Assembly (NCBI GenBank): GCA_002811645.1
Contig: PDIP01000068.1
Location: forward strand, 1-49,890
Length of the DNA: 49,890 bases
Direction: 5' to 3'
Origin: Corallochytrium limacisporum Hawaii
Lineage: Eukaryota; Protista; Pluriformea
The notes under the pieces: model-generated
Database searches by the model: none
Told to the model about the DNA's origin: nothing
What the model saw: only the letters and a program-made list of their open reading frames with translations
Program-made: the position numbers and the translations under genes
Part shown: positions 43,040 to 49,890 of the stretch, piece after piece
Layout of the letters: the number at the start of each line of letters is the position of its first letter
Position numbering within the stretch: position 1 is the stretch's first letter

Positions 43040-43981
43040 TTATTTCTTCTTTCCCTTCTTATCATTGGCCAGCATCTTTTTCTCGGCCGGCTTCAGGATG
43101 TGGAAAGAGCACATGAGCGTCTCATCTACGCTCATCATTGCTCCAGCGTTGTCGAATTCACCACAGTAGTTTGGTGCTGAGAAAATGGTCACGAGCTGAC
43201 GTTTTGCAAAGAATTCATAGCCATCTTCCACGACCTGGTGGGCTCGGCAAATGAGATCAAAGTCGTGACGTGTCAAGAACTTGCTAACCACATCTGGTCC
43301 GAATGTGAAAGACACACCTCGGTCATTTTCTCCCCAACCCGAAATATCTTTGTCGGGATCACTCCACAGCAAGTCACACAGCAGACCAGTGTCAGGCACA
43401 TCAGTTGGGCGCATGATACGGCGCAGCTGTTCCATGTTCACCAAATCAGGGCTCAGACCACCATGCATGCAGAAAATTTTCTCGTCAATTACTGCAGCAA
43501 TGGGCAAGCAGTTGAAGCAGTCTGTGAATGTCTTCCACAACTTAATGTTGTACCGCCGCTTGCATTCATCGTAGAAACCGTAAATGCGGTTAATGCTGGC
43601 ACATTCGTGATTTCCGCGCAAAATGAAGAAATTTTCGGGGTATTTGATCTTGTAAGCTAGAAGCAGGCAAATGGTCTCCAGACTCTGTTTACCGCGATCA
43701 ACATAGTCTCCGAGGAAGAGGTAGTTGGATTCGGGAGGAAAACCGCCGTACTCGAAAAGACGAAGCAGATCAAAATACTGCCCATGGACATCACCGCAGA
43801 TCTTGATCGGGGCCTCCAGCTCCAGCAGGATAGGCTGCTGCACAAAGATCTCACGTGCCTTAATGCAAAGACCACGAATAGTCTGCTCGCTCAGCTGTAC
43901 CTGTTTGCCCGGACGTTCACCCTTGACTTCCAACAGGGAAGCGATGACGGCGTCAATGTCGATGTCGACGTTGGTTGCCAT
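43040..43981 (-). CDS. PPP1C: PP1 catalytic subunit (mirror copy)
   Basis: Identical translation to 5910..6851. Confidence 0.96.
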   Translation of the reverse strand: MATNVDIDIDAVIASLLEVKGERPGKQVQLSEQTIRGLCIKAREIFVQQPILLELEAPIKICGDVHGQYFDLLRLFEYGGFPPESNYLFLGDYVDRGKQSLETICLLLAYKIKYPENFFILRGNHECASINRIYGFYDECKRRYNIKLWKTFTDCFNCLPIAAVIDEKIFCMHGGLSPDLVNMEQLRRIMRPTDVPDTGLLCDLLWSDPDKDISGWGENDRGVSFTFGPDVVSKFLTRHDFDLICRAHQVVEDGYEFFAKRQLVTIFSAPNYCGEFDNAGAMMSVDETLMCSFHILKPAEKKMLANDKKGKKK

Positions 43982-46659
43982 TTCTTATTCGGTTATAATT
44001 CCGTGACCTGTTTGGCTCTCCTTATAATTACAAAGGCCCGATTCCCATTCAATGGTCACCGACACCTGTTGTTTATAATCCTGCGACTTTCAACGAACCC
44101 GTCAAAATTCAATACATACAAATAAGTCCCAGTAATGTAGACTACGCGTTGTATCAAGTAGGCAAAAAGGAAAGGTGATTATAAACAGTGATTTGACTCA
44201 AATAGCCAAGGCTCTTGATGTCCCTTATCTTGGCAGGATTTTTCTCGTACTCCACAAGTCTGGTTACTTTTGGCAGAGAACTTATGCTCCAATGAATTCC
44301 ATCGCAGCCACTCTAAAGCTTAGTCCTTGCGTTTCACTCACGCGAAAAAATAACAAAAGTGGGCTCTGAAACACTGCAGGGGCCCCAAAACACTTTTTGT
44401 TGCTACCACTGTCGACGACCAGGTTTTTCACCAACTCTTCCATTGATAATCAGTTTGTGCCCCTCCTCTATCTGGCGCCCAGGTTTTAACCAGGTACGCC
44501 ACATGAAGATTGAAACAATCCTTTGGAGAGGTGACCCTGCGAAATGGAAAACGAAAAGGACCATGTAGGCCCCGCTCCCAATATCTCTGCGTACGGACTG
44601 ATTTGCTATCAACACATGCAAGTGGTAATGTACCGAAAGCTAACGCGCGCGGTGCACAGAATGTTGGGACAGGATGGCAAGTGTGTGTTCGTGGGTGGGC
44701 CTTTTTTTTTTCTTCGTCAGACGCGGCTGCTGTGCTGCTTGTGTGCGCTGTAGGGACGGAACGAAAGATGGCGCCTTCTTTCCATGCGCGACGGAAAAAC
44801 GAAAATGTACGGCGAGCGAACAAAAATTCGATTGTTGTCCCTCCCGCACCGCCCTCGGGTACGAAACGGGGAGAGCGCTGTGTCTCCCTAGGGCTCCATT
44901 CGGGCTCTCCTGCCCTCACTTCTTGAATTTGGTCACGGAGCGGGCTATCTGTTCGGTTGTTTTGCTTTTCTCCCCGTGTTCGGTGTGGTTAGCCTCAAGC
45001 AGGCATACCCAACGCCGAGCATGGAATAAGTGGGCGCCGCTGTTGCTGCATTCTGGCACCGCTGCTGCCTTCCTGAATAATAGCGGAATAGAGACCAACA
45101 CTGGCGGCGGATTCTTTCAATGGGTACTCTGCTATTATCTGCTCCGTCTCCATGCGCTTTGGACCCAATTCATGCTGGTCGCAGCATAATTTCCACAACC
45201 GTGGTGGTATCCTTCTTCCGAGCTTTCGCCCTCGACGGTGACACCGTCATTCTGAGCACGTCGAGAATTCGGGGGTGCGTGCCGAGAACCATACAGCCTA
45301 TATTGAGCATATTGCGGCAGGTCATGCAGCAGTGAAAGTACCGCTTCAACCGTTCGAAGAGATGCAATGGCGGTGGCCCATGTGCTGCTTACCTGGTTCA
45401 TACTTTTTCTTTTCCATTCCGGCTTCACGGTTGCTGTCTTTGTGGTGGCAGAAACTTTGAGCCGCTCTGGAGATTTCTCCCCTCTCGCCCTGCCTTGGGC
45501 ACTCTTCCTCGTTGCGAGCTTTTCCTCGCAAGTTGTAGAGAAAAATTATGGTGGCCGAGAGCACGGGTGAGGAGGTCTCACGATCGCACTCCTTGCTTTC
45601 CCTTGCCGCTTTGCTGCTGCCATAGTCACAACAGAATAACAAGCGCACGGAGTTTGACCGTGGAAGTCAGTATATGGGTGATTGAATCAGGGGCCTCTTT
45701 ATTGTAACCGGCTTTCCCGTCCAGTTTCCAGCTGTCTTTCGGCCCCTTTTCCCAGAGCCCACCCCCCCCTACAATTTCTTCCGTCTCTCCATCGCCCTGT
45801 TCAGCTCCTGAATGCCCACAATTTCAGCCAATGGCAGCCAGCCAAACGAAGGTAATGAGGCATCCACAATTGTGCACGATTTCCTCATCCATCACACGTC
45901 TTGTCTGGCCATGAACGATGTGCATGGTCAAGCAGACTCCTTTGTACCCTTCCACGTAAAGGAAGGAGTGAGCTCGCCCATCATATGCCGGGCCGTTAAG
46001 CATGCACCCTTCTGGGGCAGGATAAGAGATGATTGTACAGTGTTATTAGGTTTTCAGTTTCATTGGCGCGTTCTTATGTAATAACTAATAGGAAAATCAC
46101 AACACACACGGCCCGGAACGAAAACATACAAACCCCGGCAGAGACAGTGGCTATAGTATCGCTTCACGAACCAACAATTCATTCTCGAAGTCACAAGCGC
46201 GACCCGCGAACTTGCCCGGAACGACCTGATGGTCTCTACTGGGTACAAACTTGTTTGAGTTGGCACTCTTTCAGCAGCTGTCATCCGCAGAAGGCGGGAA
46301 AAAATCAAGAGCAAAAACGACACATCATTGCATGGAAGGGAGCGGAAATGCGGTGTCCGGCGCCCATTGTGCTTCTGGCACGGAGCAGGTTTGGACGGTG
46401 TCGTAGTGTGGATCGGAAAGGCGGGCGGTCACGTCGGAGATTAAGCAAGTTTAGTGACAGCGAGAATTTACGAATGGCATGTGACGGACTCATGCGTAGC
46501 ACAGTGGTAGTATTATTTGCTTAAATGAAAGTGATGGAATATGACATTGCGAAGCGAACCATGAGGGTATGTCAAGCAGACGTGCTCACAAATGATCGAC
46601 TATCTTTTATTTCAAACGAAAGACTTATACAACACATTCCATAATTTAACATAACCACA

Positions 46660-47064
46660 ATGTCGGGAACGGCATTCCTGTTTATTCTGGCCGTGGTCCT
46701 AGTGGCCGTCCTCCTCTTTGGCATGGTCTTTTTCATTATTATGCTGAGTGATTTGGAGTGTGACTACATCAACCCCATCGACTGTTGTAACAAGCTCAAT
46801 CAGTTTGTCATTCCGGAGTATGCGCTGCACGGTTTCCTAACTGTAATCTTCTTACCGGCGGGACAGTTTATTGCATTCCTCATGAACTTGCCTCTGGTGG
46901 GATATCACGCATGGAAGTACACTCAGAAGAAGCACACTTATGACGCTACCAGTATATTCCAGCAGCTCAAGTATCACCGTCAGGAGTGCCTGGTCAAGCT
47001 TGGCTTCTACCTGCTCTGCTTCTTCTTCTACCTGTACCGCATGATGGTCGCTCTACTCGACTGA
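46660..47064 (+). CDS. ERV14: Cornichon/Erv14 (mirror copy)
   Basis: Identical translation to 2827..3231. Confidence 0.94.
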   Translation: MSGTAFLFILAVVLVAVLLFGMVFFIIMLSDLECDYINPIDCCNKLNQFVIPEYALHGFLTVIFLPAGQFIAFLMNLPLVGYHAWKYTQKKHTYDATSIFQQLKYHRQECLVKLGFYLLCFFFYLYRMMVALLD

Positions 47065-47391
47065 AATGCTGCTACAGCATGAGACGTACGTGAATTCATA
47101 GGCAGCATGGAATCATAGAAACTCGGGCGTGTTCCCGTCCATGTAATACAGGGCAATGGGATTGATATCGCAGTGGATCGGCTAGGGTCATCCATCTCAC
47201 ACAGAAAATGTATCAAAACTACAACATAGGTTCCAACATACGCTGCAGCGCATAGCGCTACACACACAAAACAAATATTACACTTGCATTTGACATGTTT
47301 TACATACGAAAGTCTTCTATATAGTGCGGTACTATAGTCGTTCAAGAATAGAAACTTGGCTTCAGTTTTCAAGTACTGGTGGCTTGCACAT

Positions 47392-47913
47392 CTACACAAG
47401 GCCAAGACATTCATTGATCCACTCCTCGGTGAGTTCTTCAGGGTCACGGAGGTTTAGACTCTGCAAAGGAAGAAAGTAGGAATGGAGGGTTAAGAAACAG
47501 TTAGAATATCTCACAGTTCTATGTCATATCCGACATGGGAAACAAGTACTTACCTTATTGATCTGAAACTCTCGCATAACAGCCGGCTGTGCTCCTGTGT
47601 AAATCATGTTCAATTGCGGTTTTGTGCCATCTGGGAAGTAGCTGACAAAGACCAAGGGGAAACTCTTCCTTCCGTCGTCGTGTTCAAAGCAATAACTTAT
47701 GACAACATATCGAGGTTCTGCGATGGGCAAATCGCCTCCAAAGTCTTCAATGTCCGCGTTGTCCACGACCTCGTCAATAACGACACGAGCGTCCTTCTCT
47801 ATCGACTCGATCTTCAGACTTAGAATACCATTGTTCTGCGCCTTACGAAAGCGCAACTTCTTGCACGCCGCCTTAGCGTCGTCAGTGATCGTGCATACGT
47901 CAATGTTTGCCAT
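47392..47913 (-). CDS. GMF: Glia maturation factor (mirror copy; intron 47461-47553)
   Basis: Mirror of 1978..2499. Confidence 0.92.
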
Positions 47914-48519
47914 ATTTACGTCCTGTATGTGTGTGTTTCGAAAATGTAAAGGCTTGGGTATTGAGATCAGTGCGCATCTCTCTTGAATTACCTTTCGTCC
48001 ACGACTTTACTCGCTGTGAAAACGCCACAACACCGCGGGACTTTTCTCCCGCGCCGCCGCGACGGGATGTCCAGCACCCACCCTCGCTGGGACCCCATCC
48101 GCACCAGTACGGACACAACACAACAGCAACTGTGACAACATTTTCCTCACAACCCGCCCGCCCCTCTTCATCCCGCCTCACTTGTTGGGGGTCCCCTTTT
48201 CTTTGTACTTGGCGGGAAGGTGGGGATTTGGGCAGCGCTGCTAAGTAAACCGGGTCCAGTTGATCGATCTCGTAGTTCGTGTCTCTACGGTCCAAGGGGT
48301 CGTGAATAAAGCTACCACACAAGTTGAAGAGCTTCGTTTCTTTTATTCGATTTTTGAATGCGTTTATAAGGATTGCTGGGAGAAAGCTATAGTGTGTCTG
48401 ATCCCAGATCAATGGGAAGTAGTTGCCCTACAAAACTAACCCCAGCAACATTCATGTGTTGAAGACAGTTTTGATTCGCATAATTGAAGCACAAATGATG
48501 AAGTGAGTTAAAGACTACT

Positions 48520-49527
48520 TTAAGGGGTCATGCCACGCTCTTCAAACATGTTGACCATCTTCTTACCCATTTGTGCGGGGGAGTCGACAACCTCAACGCC
48601 AGCCTTGTTCAGGGCCTTGATCTTGTCATCGGCGCCTCCCTTACCACCGCTAATAATGGCACCCGCGTGACCCATGCGACGGCCGGGGGGAGCTGTGCGA
48701 CCAGCAATGAAGCTAACAATAGGCTTGTTCTTCTGGTTGTTCTCAATGATGTACTCTGCCGCCTCTTCCTCAGCACTGCCACCAATCTCACCGATGAGAA
48801 TGATACCCTCAGTTTCGTCGTCGTGCAGGAAGATGTCCAGGCAGTCGATGAAGTTAGTGCCGTTGAAGGGGTCACCACCGATACCGACACACAGGGTTTG
48901 TCCCTGGCCGGAGGCAGTGGTCTGACCTACGGCCTCGTAGGTCAGAGTACCGGAGCGGGATACGACACCAATCTTACCGCGCTTGTGGATATGTCCGGGC
49001 ATGATACCAATCTTGCACTCATCAGGGGCAATGACACCGGGGCAGTTTGGTCCCACCAGACGAGTCTTCTCCTGGCTCAGAAGAGCTTGCTTGACCTTGA
49101 CCATATCGGCCTGAGGGATACCCTCAGTAATGCACACACAGAGACCGATCTCAGCTTCCATGGCCTCCATGATAGCGGCGGCTGCGCCCGGCGGAGGCAC
49201 ATACACGACGGTGGCATCTGCAACGGTCTCCTTCATAGCCTCGGAAACGCTAGCGAAGACGGGCAGACCAAGATGGGTGGTACCAGCTTTCTTGGGGGAC
49301 ACACCACCGACCATGTTGGTGCCGTATTCAATTGCCTGCTGGCTATGGAAAGTACCCTGCTTACCCGTGAAACCCTGGCAGATGACCTTGGTGTTGGAAC
49401 CGATCTTCAAGTTCTGGCGAGTCTTGGAGTAGTCAGCCATGGTACGCACACCAATAGCACGGGTAAACATGGTAGGCTGGACTGCCTGAGCCCGCTGAAC
49501 GGTACGAAGTGCCTGAAGGGACAACAT
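48520..49527 (-). CDS. SUCLG1: Succinyl-CoA ligase alpha subunit (mirror copy)
   Basis: Identical translation to 364..1371. Confidence 0.95.
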   Translation of the reverse strand: MLSLQALRTVQRAQAVQPTMFTRAIGVRTMADYSKTRQNLKIGSNTKVICQGFTGKQGTFHSQQAIEYGTNMVGGVSPKKAGTTHLGLPVFASVSEAMKETVADATVVYVPPPGAAAAIMEAMEAEIGLCVCITEGIPQADMVKVKQALLSQEKTRLVGPNCPGVIAPDECKIGIMPGHIHKRGKIGVVSRSGTLTYEAVGQTTASGQGQTLCVGIGGDPFNGTNFIDCLDIFLHDDETEGIILIGEIGGSAEEEAAEYIIENNQKNKPIVSFIAGRTAPPGRRMGHAGAIISGGKGGADDKIKALNKAGVEVVDSPAQMGKKMVNMFEERGMTP

Positions 49528-49890
49528 GATTGAGCTACTGTATGTTATTAGCTAAAACACCGAGCTCCTAATGGCTATAACAGATGTGGACCGACTATTG
49601 TTTATTTCCCGAGATCTTCTCATAGCTTGGGTGCTTTTTACGTCTAACTGGGAATACAATACACCAAAATCATTCCGACTGGTACAATCTTAGGTCCCGG
49701 AAAAGAAATTCTCGTACTGCCCAAAACACTAGAAACGACGACCCCAAACCAAGTGCACAATCTCGGCCCGTGTGCATTCTTGAGCAGTCCAGGTGCTTTA
49801 TTTTTGGCCCAGCTCCACACACCCCAGAAGCCCACACCCCACCCCACCCCCCTTCCCCAAGGGGGGAAGGGGGGGGGTTGGTGGTGGCAG

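Larger units (their letters stand above)
1..49890. repeat. Window-spanning spacerless inverted repeat: arm 1-24945 is the reverse complement of arm 24946-49890
   Basis: Every ORF in the track has an identical opposite-strand twin at 49891-x (364..1371+ / 48520..49527-; 21808..23184- / 26707..28083+). The start ctgccaccacc is the reverse complement of the end ggtggtggcag. The centre reads ...tctctcctct-cccccccc|gggggggg-agaggagaga... Spot checks found no mismatch; a full base-by-base alignment was not run. Confidence 0.98.

Noticed and set aside
1-49890. rDNA-type palindromic minichromosome, virus/linear plasmid or transposon explanation; alternative genetic code
   Set aside because: No rRNA, telomeric arrays, protelomerase, polymerase, capsid or transposase genes seen. 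Conserved genes translate with the standard code and use TAA, TAG and TGA as stops.

Overview
Eukaryotic DNA from a compact, intron-poor genome. The gene mix and splice signals suggest a unicellular opisthokont, probably a holozoan protist such as a Corallochytrium/ichthyosporean-type organism (inference). The whole 49,890-bp window appears to be its own reverse complement: position i mirrors 49891-i, the fold is at 24945|24946 inside C8G8, and there is no spacer. There are therefore only about 24.9 kb of unique sequence, present twice. Each arm carries 13 recognisable housekeeping-type genes: SUCLG1, GMF (one intron), cornichon/Erv14, PP1 catalytic subunit, SPOUT1, a TFIIIC subunit 6-like protein, an IKS1-family kinase, FATP/SLC27-like acyl-CoA synthetase, class 2 DHODH, Cgr1/CCDC86, a Tim17-family-like membrane protein (one intron), cardiolipin synthase and presenilin. 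Each arm also has an (AG)30 microsatellite and an interrupted acidic helical-repeat ORF with two in-frame TAGs. I saw no rRNA, tRNA, transposase, CRISPR array or telomeric repeat. The giant palindrome is most parsimoniously a fold-back or assembly artefact. A real hairpin-ended molecule or palindromic amplicon cannot be excluded without reads.
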